This document shows, one piece after another, positions 14,059 through 27,646 of a stretch of DNA of 64,000 nt. Under the pieces are notes generated by a model. It was not told the origin of the DNA. It did no database searches and saw nothing but the letters and a program-made list of their open reading frames with translations. The number at the start of each line of letters is the position of its first letter. The first letter of the stretch is position 1. The DNA is from the human T2T-CHM13v2.0 reference genome, Homo sapiens: NCBI RefSeq assembly GCF_009914755.1, contig NC_060926.1; one strand, 5' to 3'. A program made the position numbers and the translations under genes.

Positions 14059-14990
14059 TTCTAGAGGGGCATACTCTCCTCCTCCCCCACTAAACTAGTG
14101 TGTTGGTCCCCTACCCCCTCCCTGTCATGCATTCTTTTCAGGAAGACACTTTTGAGAGCATTTAATGTTTTCCTCCCAGATTCAACTTTTGCGCTCACAG
14201 TACACTGCTAGTTTTCAAATGATCAGAAATTTTTTTTTTTCTCGGCAACTCCAATTATGAATTAGCTATCCAATTAGTGTTTGTGATTGTTTTGAGACTT
14301 GGCAGTGTTTGTTCTTATGATTTATCTTCTTTTCTCACACATTTCAGGGATATATTAGTTTCCTTTATCCAGTAGCTAAAAACCTTGTTTATTTTATTTT
14401 AATATTTTAGCCTAACAAGACAGTGAACCAGCTGTAGAAATAAAAGGCTAAGAAACAGAAAGGCAGGTAGTGTGAATGATTTTACCAACCGTCTTCTAAA
14501 TCCTCCAGTATTTTCTAACGTTTGGTAAGAAATTAGCTGAATTGATACTGATCTTTTCTAGTAAGAAACTGATGTAACTTTTATGTTTTAAAAAAAAATC
14601 TTCATCAGTTCCTCTTACCTTCGGCACCAAAACATTTCTTTTCTTCCTCACTTTCTGTCTTTCTGTATGTATGTGTACACACACAGTTGTATATGCTGTG
14701 GATGTGTATGCAAACAGACGTACCCACACACATAGATGGAATTACTGTATCAGTTATTTAAGTATAACTGATCAGTTCCTCACTTTAGTTCTTTCTATAC
14801 AGGGTAAAAACAAAAAATTTTTTTCAACTGAGTCAAAAGCATTTAATTTTGTTATTAAACCTAATCTAAGTTTAGCTCCAGTCAAATAATTTAGTATCAT
14901 CTATGATATATTACCCTTCATTTTTTTTTAGTGTTTTAATTGGTAATACAGCATTCATTTTCCTTCTGTTTTTAATGTGACTGTGCTTAG

Positions 14991-15215
<225 letters not shown>

Positions 15216-15839
15216 TAGCTTTAAATGTAGATTGAGAGGTAAATGTTATTCATAGAAAGATCCCCATAAAACAGTTTGTGAGGAAATTACCAATGCCATT
15301 TGAAGTAGACTAGGCCAAAAGTTTCTCAATACCTTCATTTAATTTGTTAATGGCATACCACTCTATAATTATTTTGTCACCATCATTAATGGAATCTCTA
15401 CTTTTAAAAGTATTTAGGTGCACAGACCACTTCTAACAAGAGTAAAGCAATGTGTCTGAAACCAGTGCCTCCTTTTCCTGCTCCTTCCATGCTGCTGTAT
15501 GCTTTTAGGCAACTACTTTAATAATAGAAGGCTTCTTGTTCTCCCTTCCTTTTTTAATTAATTAGTTATATAAAGTGTAGTAGTAATGGATATTAAAATG
15601 ATAGCCAATGAGAATTGAACTAGATTATGATTATATAACCTCAGATAAAATCATTTGTGTATAATTCATAACTTTAAAAAATGCCTGCCACATGTGAACT
15701 TCAGAAACTTGGGTAGCTGACTTGATAAAGTGATGTTTAGACCTGAAATTTCACACATTTTGTTTCGTTATGTGACCTTTTTTTTTTTTTAAGTTGACTT
15801 ACTTCTAAATATTTGATAAGTCACTAAAGACTGTTACTG

Positions 15840-16262
15840 TTGTTACCTTATGCTCGGCAGAGATACATATGCAATAGATAGTGACAGATGGATATTCATT
15901 GTGGTATCCTTTATTAGAGTATTGGAAACAACCTCAATGCCCATTAATAGATGTAACGTTTAAAAAGAATGTGACAACTCTATATGAACTAATAGGGAAA
16001 TATCTTCAAGATATATTAAGTATAAAAGGCACTGGAAAAAAATACATATACACAACATAATATTCTAAATGCTTGTCAGTGCATGTAAGAACTCTGGGAA
16101 GTAATGTTGTAAATGGGTAACAATTGTTTGCCAGGGAAAGAAACTTCTGAGCAGTTGGAGTCAGGAAGGAAGATAGTTTTTTTTTACTGGCTATGGTTTG
16201 GTACAATTCAAATATTGTACCATATGTACATATTTTTTTGTTTTTAAACATCAAAATAAAAA
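15840..16262 (+). mobile_element. Old L1ME-type 3' fragment
   Basis: ttggaaacaacctcaatgcccattaatag...tctcaagatatattaag-like motifs. Confidence 0.45.
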
Positions 16263-16744
16263 TTTATATCAGGTTCACTCTCTAGTTCAGAATTCTACTT
16301 AAAACAAAATGGCAAGTAAGTTTTCAAGTGTAAATATTGATAGTGATTAGAGTCATATCAGGCACAGAATGAAGGAAGCATTTTATTTGAAATAGCATGG
16401 TATTGTAAGACTGGGGTTTTATTTTAAAATTAACCATTTTTGAACTATTCATAAGCAGAAATATAACCACCTAGTATACTTCCATTTTGAATGAAAGGCC
16501 AAAATTACAAAATAGTTTTTGTATATTAAAGACATATCTTTTATAAAAGTCAAATCTAACTTTTTATATATAGCTCAAAATTCATTTTTTTTTTATGAAG
16601 GGGACTTTCCTAACTGGAATATTAAAATATACATATGATCATGTTACTTTAAACTTTTTCTTTTGAAAATTTAGCTATTATATATGAAGATACTGCTGAA
16701 AAATAAGCATTTCATTTTAATAGAATATTAGAACTATACCTTGA

Positions 16745-16888
<144 letters not shown>

Positions 16889-17425
16889 TTCACATAATTT
16901 GTATGCAGTGTGAAGGAGCAGAAGGCATCTTCTCACTGTGCTGCAAATCTTTATAGCCTTTACAATACGGACTTCTGTGTATATGTTATACTGATTCTAC
17001 TCTGCTTTTATCCTTTGGAGCCTGGGAGACTCCCCAAAAAGGTAAATGCTATCAAGAGTAGAACTTTGTAGCTGTAGATTAGTTATGTTTAAAACGCCTA
17101 CTTGCAAGTCTTGCTTCTTTGGGATATCAAAATGTATTTTGTGATGTACTAAGGATACTGGTCCTGAAGTCTACCAAATATTATAGTGCATTTTAGCCTA
17201 ATTCATTATCTGTATGAAGTTATAAAAGTAGCTGTAGATGGCTAGGAATTATGTCATTTGTATTAAACCCAGATCTATTTCTGAGTATGTGGTTCATGCT
17301 GTTGTGAAAAATGTTTTACCTTTTACCTTTGTCAGTTTGTAATGAGAGGATTTCCTTTTACCCTTTGTAGCTCAGAGAGCACCTGATGTATCATCTCAAA
17401 CACAATAAACATGCTCCTGAAGGCA
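16889..17425 (+). other. UBE2E3: UBE2E3 3' UTR (end approximate)
   Basis: Repeat-free sequence from the stop codon to ~15-20 nt past the first AATAAA. The cleavage site is inferred. Confidence 0.8.
17404..17409 (+). terminator. Polyadenylation signal AATAAA of UBE2E3
   Basis: First canonical hexamer after the stop codon. TGTA (CFIm motif) lies at 17387-17390 and a GT-rich tract (tagtttcctgtcgt) lies downstream. Confidence 0.8.
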
Positions 17426-19079
17426 TAGTTTCCTGTCGTAATATTTTAAGTCAGTCTTGTTAGAAAGTGTGTCTGAGATGATTGTTGATGAAGTAAAAAT
17501 GTGGCTATGAAGATTACTAAAGACTAGCACAAATAAACCCATTCTTAAATTGAAAACATTTAAAATCCTATTAAATGCATAGAGTTTTTTTCCTTTGTTA
17601 TTGAAAGAATGACCTTAAATAATCAAAAGTGGATTTTGACCCATTGGTCTCAAACACATAAAGTTGTACTTCGGTAATATGATGTTTAAGCCAAAAAGAA
17701 TATGAAATCCTGGCTCGCTCACTCAGGAATCTGGTAATGTCTTATGGAACATGTTGCTTCCAAATTGATGATTTTTGTTCAGCACTGGGCAATATTGTCA
17801 GATGGTAACTGTGATGTGGTAGCTAGTCTGTGATGCACTTTTTACTTCTAATCCTGGTCTTGAATGTTCATGTTGTGTATTACCATTCTTACTATGGCAA
17901 GTGGCCAGCAAATACAGCCAGAGGCAGAGATGAACACAGAAATCTTTGTCTGCCTTGAAGGTAGACTAGAACTGTGTTAGTGTACAGATGTGATATTATT
18001 TCTCAATTGGTAAAATACCAAATTGTAAGGTTTTTAGAAGGTTAAATTTCTTCTTTCTAGTTGTAATTCTGAAGTGTTAGATTTCTTGAAAGTTAGAATT
18101 TCTTTGCAATATTTAGATTTGCTAAACAGAGTATAATTGTGTGTGGTGGTGGTGTTTTGTTTTGTTTTGTTTCCCTGTGACTAAGGTAATCATCTCTGGT
18201 CATGTAACCAAGGTTGTGGTATATGGGGCAGGTGTCTTCTCCAGTCCTCAATATGGAAATGAAGTATCATCTTAAAAATGTATAGAGTGAAAATATTAAC
18301 ATAAAAAATGCTTCCGGATAAAGTAAAACGTGTAGTTGTGTGTGTCACTAGAATAGCAGACTCCTGTTTGTCAGTAGAAGTCTTATATCAGAGTAAAATT
18401 AAAATTACACTTACATATCTGTTTTTCACTTAAACTCCCCACCCCCAACATTATTACAGAGGAGCACTATACAAAGGTACTATTTTGAAGAATTCAGACT
18501 TTACCTCTGTGAAAACCTAACTAATAATTTATAATGGAGTCCAAGTGAATGTGATGCAAGTGGAGACCGTTTAAGTTGTAAGGTTTTTTATCAACCGTAG
18601 TTTTTCCTCCACTGCCAAAATTGTACATTCTACACCCTAGAGTAATAAACTTCTCTCTTGGTGCTAGAAAAACTTAAATCATACTGAATGTTGGGATGTT
18701 TGGGGATGCTATGATTAGACTTCCTTTAGTTACCATGAGCCTAATTACCACCGCCAAACTATTTTGCTTACTTGTTGGCTGTGTCCATACTGGTGTGGGA
18801 TAAAGTGGAGGGAATTGGTTACTTAAAATATTTGCAGCTCTTCCACAAACTACCATTGTGGCCTTAAATAAGACACTTTAACTCTTTGAGTTTTAGTTGG
18901 TTTATATATGAGACAGAAGAGTTGATTGGATAATTTCCCTCTTCTCTGTTGACCCTCAAGCTCAGTAGTTTTAATCTTGTAAATTTTGTTGTGCTTGTCC
19001 TGCTTTTTCTTTTGGGGAACAGGCTACTCTTTGAAGTGGACTAGTAGTATCTTGGTGTTCTAATGAGTAGATCAACCTA

Positions 19080-19250
19080 TGACATGAGAGCCACTGCATG
19101 CCAGGGCACTGTTCAGTCACTGATGTGCCTTATCTCATTTGAGACACCTAAAGAGGTTTAGGAGAGCAGACACTGATGAATCTTAGTTGACAGTTGACAG
19201 TGTGCATAGACAAGTTTAAATAACTTGCTCTATATTACACAGCCAATACG
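19080..19250 (-). mobile_element. MIR fragment
   Basis: atgccagggcactgtt...tatctcattt...aagtttaaataacttgctc...acacagcc. Confidence 0.5.
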
Positions 19251-19321
19251 ATACTTCCTCTCCCCCTGCACCTTCATGCTTTCCCGCAGTTTTTGTTTAT
19301 AACGTCACAACTTTATATTGA

Positions 19322-19354
<33 letters not shown>

Positions 19355-19370
19355 TACACACACATACACA
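19322..19370. repeat. (CA)n microsatellite with a short (CG)n head
   Basis: acacgcgcgcacacacaca... Confidence 0.9.
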
Positions 19371-22300
19371 AGTTATAACTGTTCCCTATAAAAGTAGATA
19401 TTCATAGATTATAGCTTCTGGAGTTTATAAAGTACAATATTGCATTTTAGCAAATCTTTATTTTAATATTTTATTTTAGTCTCAAATGGAACCTTACAAA
19501 ATATAACTGCTGTTTGCAATGAATATGAGGTAGGTAGGTTTGTATTCTCCCTTAGATATTTGTCATAGAAATACTTTCAATATCACAGATTTCACTTTAT
19601 CAGTTTGGAAAATGAGATAATGTTATTTCAAATTTATTTAACCATATATTGCATAATCACATTAGAAAATTTATATTGATAAATAAAGCAAGCATTTAAT
19701 AAGGTGGTGTTTTCTGATGCATACTTAAAGAACTTGGAGTCTGCCCCACTAACTTGTCTAAGTGTTCTTACAACAATATAAGAATGTGACTGTATGGTAA
19801 GATTTAAGTCAATTTCAGTCCTGTGACTTTAGATAGTAACCTACATTATAGTGATATACGTGCACCACATTAACACAATTTCGTTAACATTTACATTGTA
19901 AATTCTTTGGACAGAATTATGGCATGATGTGAAACGTCAATTATTTTTCTCAAATGTTTATAAATTGTCTTAAGAGAGTGAGATAATGGTTCTACATAAG
20001 CATTATCTACTTATATTCCAGTTAGTGGTCTTTATTTTAGGTAAATACAATATACAAATAAATTCATTTGTTTCATATTTAAATAAATTACTAAATTTTC
20101 TCAAGTAATAGCCAAGTAAAAATTACAATTACATTTTAGTAGATATTCATTATTTGAAATGAAACAAAATTTTTCTAACTAGTTTGTCAATTTTTTCTTG
20201 TAAAGTTCTTCAGTGATTTAAATGTGTATCTGCAATGTGTAATGGGATGTTTCTACAGAGTAAACTGATAGACCTTTCAAAGTGGCTATAAAATGAATGA
20301 CTAGGAGTGACATTTATAACTGCATTGCTGATAGTAATAGGTAATGTTAAAGCCTTTGTCTTTGTCAAACAGAATCAATCTTGTTAAATTAGAAATGAGG
20401 AGTGATCCTGTAAGGTGTATACCTATCATATCTAAGGCATACACACACAAGCCTCACTTCCTTCTTTTTCTCCCTGACTCTCTTACGAGAGCTCCTAAAC
20501 TCATAAGCATTTCTCTTAAGGGAATGTCCTTGGAACTCCAGCAGTATCTCTCTTACTTCAGTTTACCACCTGCTGGGCTCTCAGCTTCTGTGGTTCTGGT
20601 AATTCATGTAACAGGAAGCCCAAGGTGATTTTTAAATAGCAACATCCAATATATTAATAAGACCATATATTGAAAAGCTAAGTTTTGAAAAAAAAAAAAT
20701 AAGCAATACATTACCCAGATTCAGGCACAAGTACAGTATAAATAGTCTTTAGTAGTCTTTGTTGTTAATTTAACTATACATGAGAAAGAGTGATTAAACC
20801 ATGATTAGGCAGCAGAGCGTTGGTACCTAGTCCTGGATATATTTTGAAGTAAACAGAACAATGCATAGCAAAAGGAATTTTTGACAAATGTAGGTATTAT
20901 CATTGACATGTATTTACAGAAATTTAAGTTCACACGAAATCTTCGTATCTGTAGGGTTACCTTGTTGAAATCTGGTGAAGCTAAAGACAATTACGCAAGT
21001 CCTCCAAACACAGGTCACTAAAAGCAACTTTTTTCCCCAAATCCTCCAATCTCTAATCCCTAAAGTTTATCTCAAGTCCAGCTCCTTTGATGGAAACCTT
21101 TCTGTTACACTGCTCTCACATACCTGTTGGTCTGTTTCTCTGAGATGCCGTCTTCACAAACACCAGAAATAATAAAAGGGAATCAAGTATATGCATATTT
21201 CCAAGTGCCAACAACAAGCCAGGTGCCTTCCTCAACAATGTGTGCCCTAAAGCCAGGAATTCTTTTTCCTTTTTCTTTTTTCTCTTTGGAAGGAGGTAGG
21301 GGGAGATGAAAGGTGGTTATGCTATATAACTCCTTAGCTGATCTTCACTTTGAGTTTATCTGCTCTACAAATTTTATGTGTTTGCTAATTACAAGGTTCT
21401 TTCTGGCACTGTGATACATACAGAGATGAATACATTTTCACATCCTTAAACAGTTTATCATTTCCCTGTCCAGATAGACTTTTCCCTTTGCTAATGTATA
21501 TCCATTTTTATTGAATGACAAACTGAACAGATGTTCCTGATGATTTAGCAATGAAAATATTAGTATAATATTTAGTAAGTTTTACTCTCTATATATTAAA
21601 TATGCTTAATACTATTTGATGCTTTTAAAATAATTATCTTAAACTACACTTAGTACCCTATGTTTCTAGCATGCGTTTTGGCATTTTATTCAGTTTTATT
21701 CCATATCCATATTTCTGGATAATGAGCTTTTGGAGGATAATATCTATGCTTTGTGTCTCCTTATTTCAGTATCTAGCCCAATATGTAACATGATGTATGT
21801 TTGCTGAGTGAATGATAATTATATCATGGGTGTAAGTCTTCTCCATAAGGTTATCCAGAGACCATGTGAAGCATATCTGTCATGTCTCCCTTAATTCCCC
21901 ATGTTGATTCAGTGCTTTGTATGTGGTTGGTGCCATATATATTTAAATTGTTAAATTTGAAACTGTTAAATTGAAATATGGGAAATAGCAATGGGTTGTT
22001 CATATAACCTACTTAATGACAATGTGTTTAAAATAGAGACTGACTTAATCTTGTAATTTTAAACTTTCCTTAAATTCACCAGAATATTTTCTGTCCTACA
22101 AATTTTACATAATTTCTCATTATCATTACTGTCTTCTTAATGGATATTTCTCCTATCCTTTTTTATTGGTAAAAAGAAAACAACTAAATACATGTATCTG
22201 CTTGCTGTATTTTAAGGAAATCTAATAGAAGAAATGGAAACTGATGGCCTTTGAGAACATCTTTTAAGATAAATATTTTAGGGAAAGGGAACTAGTATAC

Positions 22301-23099
22301 CATTTGGTAATGTGGAACGGAGTACTCTGGAATGTTGGAAGTCGTTTATTGAAATATTTTTCAAGTCTTTTTGTTTTCTGTATGTGTGTGTGTGTTTTTC
22401 ACTTCTCGCTTCTGGGAGAAAAGGGAAATGGAGTAGGATGAAGAGTCACAGGGTCATTTTTTTCTGTATTGCCCCATGTTATTTCTTTGCCAGTAGGTTG
22501 AATTGAAAGGTAACTGGGTAAGAAGCACCCTAGTTTCAGAAGTATAATTTCAACAACTTCTATTTTGTCTCACACCATGAGTATTTCTTAAGTTAGCTTA
22601 GCAAACTCAGATATGTTGGCTGCTCCCACCTTAGTCCAAGAGAAGGAAAAGGTAAATCTGTGAAGGAATGGGTTGCCGAGAGGTGTGTGGTACTAAGTCC
22701 TGACAGCTAGGGGCCCAGGTCTGTAAGGAAAGTCAGGGATTCTCTAGTGATTGAGATTGGGGTAGTTAGGTCTTCATATGAGCATTTCAAGTTTTCATCT
22801 ACAAAGTGATGAAGAAGAGTATTAATTTATGAGATAAAGAGTATGAGGGGATAACACTGTAGGGCTTTCACTGGCACCCCTTACCTGATTCCTTTATCAT
22901 CGTTTGAAGAGCACTTTTTAGCCCTCTGCTAAACTCTTGCTGTGGTCACAGAACTCTCAAATGGTGAAGATCATTTTAAATATGCATGAGACACCATGTT
23001 TTTTCTTCCATGGTTATTTTTTTTTAAGGACATATATAATGTTTTACTTGTGTATGTATATCATCTCAATTATGAGCCCCTAGAAATAAGGGATCCAAT

Positions 23100-25050
23100 T
23101 TATTTCATTCAGTAAGTTATTAGTTGTGTACACTGGAATATTGGTTTGGGTGCTTAGGATTAGCAGTGAATAAAATACACGAAAATTCCTACCCTTATGG
23201 AGTTTACTTTCAATTGCTAGGAGACAGACCAAAAAAATTTAAAAGTGTATATATATATGTGTGTGTGTGTGTGTGCGTACGCACACATTCTCACACACAT
23301 ATATGTATGTTAGATGGTAAGTGTTACGGAGAAAAACAAAGTAGGGAAGGGAAATAGTGTGTGCAGTGAGGGAGAAAGAAAGGGGAGGTTGAATTACAGT
23401 TATAACAAGGGTAGTCGGGGAAGACCTCACCTAAAAAATGAGTCAAGAGCTGAAGATGGTGAGGAATAAGCCACATAGGAAGAGAGTCCTACAGGCGGAG
23501 GGAATACCAACTGAAAAAATCTTGTAACAAGAGCATGCCCAATGCATTCAAAAGGTAGCAAGTGCTTAGGAGGGCTGGAGCAGGTGAGCAACTAGGAGAG
23601 GAATAGGAGGCCAGGTCAAGAAGATGACAGGTGGGCAGATCACATAGGGTCTTGTATTTCATTTTAAGGAGTTTGGCTAGTATTCTAAATAAGATGGGAC
23701 ACCACTGGAAGCTGTTTTTAGCCAACGAGCAACAGGACATGATTTATTAGAATCTGATCAGTCAGAGAAAAACTTGCTGTGGGGCTAAGGAATTGGGAGC
23801 AGGGGGACCAGTTAGGAGGCTAATGCAGTAATCCAGGTGAGAGATACCAGTGACTTCAACCTGGGTGGTGGCAGTGTAAGTAGTAAGAAAAGGTCAGGTT
23901 CTGGTTAAAAATAGAGCTAAGAAGATTTGCTGATAGATTGAATATGTGGTATGAAAAAGGAGTTAGAGTTTAGGGCCTGAGCAAACTAGTAGGCTGTAGT
24001 TGTCATTAACCAAGGTGAAAAACTCGAGGGTGAAGCAGGATAGGGAGAAAGATTATGAGCTTAGTTTTTGACAGGTTAAGTTTGAAATGCCTATTAAACA
24101 TCCAAATGGAAGTGCAAGATTGGATATACAAATTTGGAATTCAAGAGTTCTGGGCCAGGGATGTATATTTGTGACACGTGAGTGTGTAGTTGGTATTTAT
24201 AGCTGTGAGACCTATGATCACTCACTCAAGGGAATGAGTGCTGCTAGAGAAGAAAGAAGCTTAGGCACTCCCAGCATTAGGAGGCTGAGGAGAGATGAGT
24301 CAGCAAAGTAATCCAGGAAGGAACGCTCAAGAAGTGAAAGGAAAATCAGGAGAGTGTGATAACCTGAAAGGGAAGTAAAAAGTTTCAAGGAGGTGGGAAT
24401 GATCTACCCCATGAGAGACTACTGATAAGCCAAATAAAATAAGGACCTAAATAGCCATTAGCAACTCAGGAGTCCTAGACACTGGTGACTTTTATATGCA
24501 ATTTTGTTGGAGCAATGAAATTAAAGCTTGATTGAATAAAGTAACAAGGAATAGAGAACTTGGAGACTCCTGACAATTTTGCAGTGAAATAGAGAAGTAG
24601 GGAGTAGTTGGAGTTTCTTTAAGATGGGAGAAATTACAGCATGTTTGTATATTGATAGGAAAGATTAGAGAGGAGGAAGTGGATGGTGTAGGGGAGGAGG
24701 AGCAGTGTCCTTGAAAAAGTTATCTGCTACATAATTTATTCAGGGTGTTTTCAAAGTTCTGCACTACCTTGGACATCTGTCTTTCTCCCTGACTAGAGCA
24801 GAAGCTCTTTGGGAAGTGCAGCATCCAGCACTTACAGCAGCATTGTCATTCACCAAATTCTTGAGTTCCCCTAGATAAGCAAGAGGGGATAGGATCTAGT
24901 ACAAGTGAGGTGTTTGGCCCTTGTTGTGAATTTGCAGAGGACATGGGCATAGGTGAGATTGGAGGGTAGATGTGGTTCGTAGGAAGTTCTTTGGTAGCTT
25001 CTACTCCTCCATGAAACGAGATGTTATTGGCTGAAAGTGAGAATGGGGAG
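23100..25050 (-). mobile_element. Long degenerate L2 LINE (fragmented)
   Basis: Starts at ttcattcagtaa (L2 3' end, antisense). Contains gaccagttaggaggctaatgcagtaatccaggtgagaga and aagtttgaaatgcctattaaacatcca. Includes a (TA/TG/CA) microsatellite near 23247-23305. Confidence 0.7.
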
Positions 25051-26104
25051 ACGACAGTTCATACATCTGTGTGACCCATTAATGTCCAGCAGAGTAACTA
25101 GTCGTTTGTGGTCAAGTGTAAAAATGAATGATTGAGTTGTCTATCTGGATGAGCCTTTCGTTTATTTCATAGTTAACATGTTAATGAACATGCAATTAAA
25201 ACATCCATATCAGCTCGAATGGCTCCTCTTTTTCATCAGGTATGGTTTAGCAGTTGTTTGAATCTTTAGCACCTTAATTTTTGTTTCATTCAAGTGATTT
25301 TCCTGAAGTCATTGAAGAATCTACCTTGACACCAATTTTAACTAGAGAAATTCAATTATTTGCTGAAAGTTAATACTGCTTTAAATGCTGGACACAAAAA
25401 TAGTTACGCTGTGTTTCCCAAAGAGGTCATCATGGTCTAGTCAGGAAGAGGGGTGTCCAAGGTGAGTTACACAGAGCTTTGGAAAAGCCTCAGTGGATGG
25501 TGTGGCAGATGACGTCCCTGAGTTTGCTAGAGGAAAAATGACTCTAGAAAACTGAGTATTCTTCCCTGTTCTATTTTATGGATGTGGTGGTCAGAGAAGG
25601 ACATAGTGACCAATTTCTGTGACCCTCACTTCCACCATTGGTCCCGTGGCAAGACTCAGTTACAAGCCTTCTCTCCCTTTGGATTGTACCTCACTCAGGA
25701 AGTACGGAATTTGAAGATCAGATTTCATTTCCAGAAAATCCATAAGGCAGTCACAGCTTATGACCAAGGCTCACACCTTTTTTTCTGCTTACCTTTCCCT
25801 GCTATTGTCCTGACTTCTTGCCTCCCAAGATTGATATGTAAGAAGTGGGGCCATTTTTTTGCTTTTCTCTGAAAAACTAGTCAGCAAAGAGGTTGGAATT
25901 TTAATTGGTTTAACTACTTAACTTAGAAAGCCAAGAGTTAAATATTTAGAAGTGAAACTTTTTTTCTTTTCCTGATTGGGTCTTTCTGAACAATATTTTT
26001 GCTGTGATTATTGCACATTTAAGCCCAACTGTACTTTTTATCTGAAAAAAAATAGGATATGACTCTTAACTGTCGTAAGCAGATTACAATAATATTCTTT
26101 AGAA

Positions 26105-26304
26105 CACGGGTGTCTAATCTTTTGGCATCCCTGGGCCACATTGGAAGAATTGTCTTGGGCCACACATTAAGTACACTAACACTATAACGGTAGCTGATGA
26201 GCTAAAGAAATGGCCCATGCATAAATATCATAATGTAAGAAAGTTTACTAATTTGTGTTGGGCTGCATTTAAAGCCATCGTGGGCTGCAGGTTGGACAAG
26301 TTTG
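26105..26304 (+). mobile_element. MER30 hAT-Charlie MITE with 8-bp TSD
   Basis: cacgggtgtctaatcttttggcatccctgggccacattggaagaa...ggttggacaagtttg. Perfect TSD ctttagaa at 26097-26104 and 26305-26312. Confidence 0.85.
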
Positions 26305-27321
26305 CTTTAGAATATTTCACATTTAGAGTGGTAGTTGCTTTCTTTTTTTCTTATTTCTGAAGGAAGTCATGTCTTGATTCTGTTCTCTTCCTTCCACTCC
26401 TACTGTCTCATTCAGGCCCTTGGTTATTCCTTATCTAAAGGAATCTTTTAAAAGTTATCCTCTTGTTCATCCAAACAACACCAACCCATTCTTCACACCA
26501 CTATCACATTAATCTTCCCAGAGTAAACTGTTTATCAGGACAGTCCCTGCTTCAACTTCAGTGGTTGTCTGTTGTTTACTGAATAAACTCCACACTCCAC
26601 TTTCTGTCATTACATCAGTGTACTCCCTGGATGAAGCAGCATCTATTTCAGTAGCAGCTTCGGATGCATTCATTTCCTAGTGAAATACCAGAGTCACTCT
26701 TACCAGGGGCAGCAGTTCCGTATATCACTGAAACATATTTCCTCAGAGAAAGTGATAGTGACTCATTGAGAACATTTCCTTAATTCACCAACTCTTCTTC
26801 AAGGTTTTCTGTTCATAGGACTACAACTCTTTGATGCCCTGACGTTTTTATAATTTTACTACTAGCAGTTGAATGTATTGATGCATGTAACCTTGTTGCT
26901 AGCCATGTTAAGTTTCAATCAAGCATCAGAAAATGGTTTGCTTAAGATACTTGGCTAGGCACACCAGTATTTTAAATGTGAATTGATATACTTGGTGCTT
27001 CAAGACAGATGGTGCATTGCTTCTGTGCCTAAGAGCATTTGGCATTGCTGAAATTGAGCCTTCTGTTCGTTCAAAATAATTCACTGATGAGTGGGCAACT
27101 TTATACTTTTTTGAGGGTTTTTTTTTTTTTTTTTTTGCTGAATTCGAGTATTGGAAGTGTTTTAGCTTACATGTTAGCTATATGTAAGTACCTTCAAAAA
27201 ATGACACTACAGGCATAGGCAAGTACATAATCGGGATAAGTACTGTATATCAGTTTGACATATGGTGCCACATGTTTTTATTTTTATTATAGTGATATGT
27301 TTCTAGTAAGATTTACAAGAT

Positions 27322-27646
27322 ATTTGACCCTTCAACAACACGGGTTTGAACTGCACAGGTCCACTTAATAATGCAGATTTTTTTTCAAAATGTATCAGAA
27401 AACTTTTGGAAATTTGTAACAATTTGAAAAAACTTGCAAACCATGTACCCTAGAAATATTTTTTAAAATAGTTATGTCATGAATGCATAAAATATATGTA
27501 GATATTAGTCTATTTATGTGTTAACCTACTTCGTTATCAGACTCCTGGTCCACTGTAGGCTACTACTTTTGGGGAGTCAAAAGCCATGTGTGGGATTTTC
27601 CACTGTGTGGCATCACCCCCCTGTGTTGCTCTTCAAGGGTCACCTG
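27322..27646 (+). mobile_element. Tigger2-derived MITE (Tigger2a/MER8-like)
   Basis: TIRs ttgacccttcaacaacacgggtttgaactgc and gttgctcttcaagggtcacctg. Confidence 0.7.
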
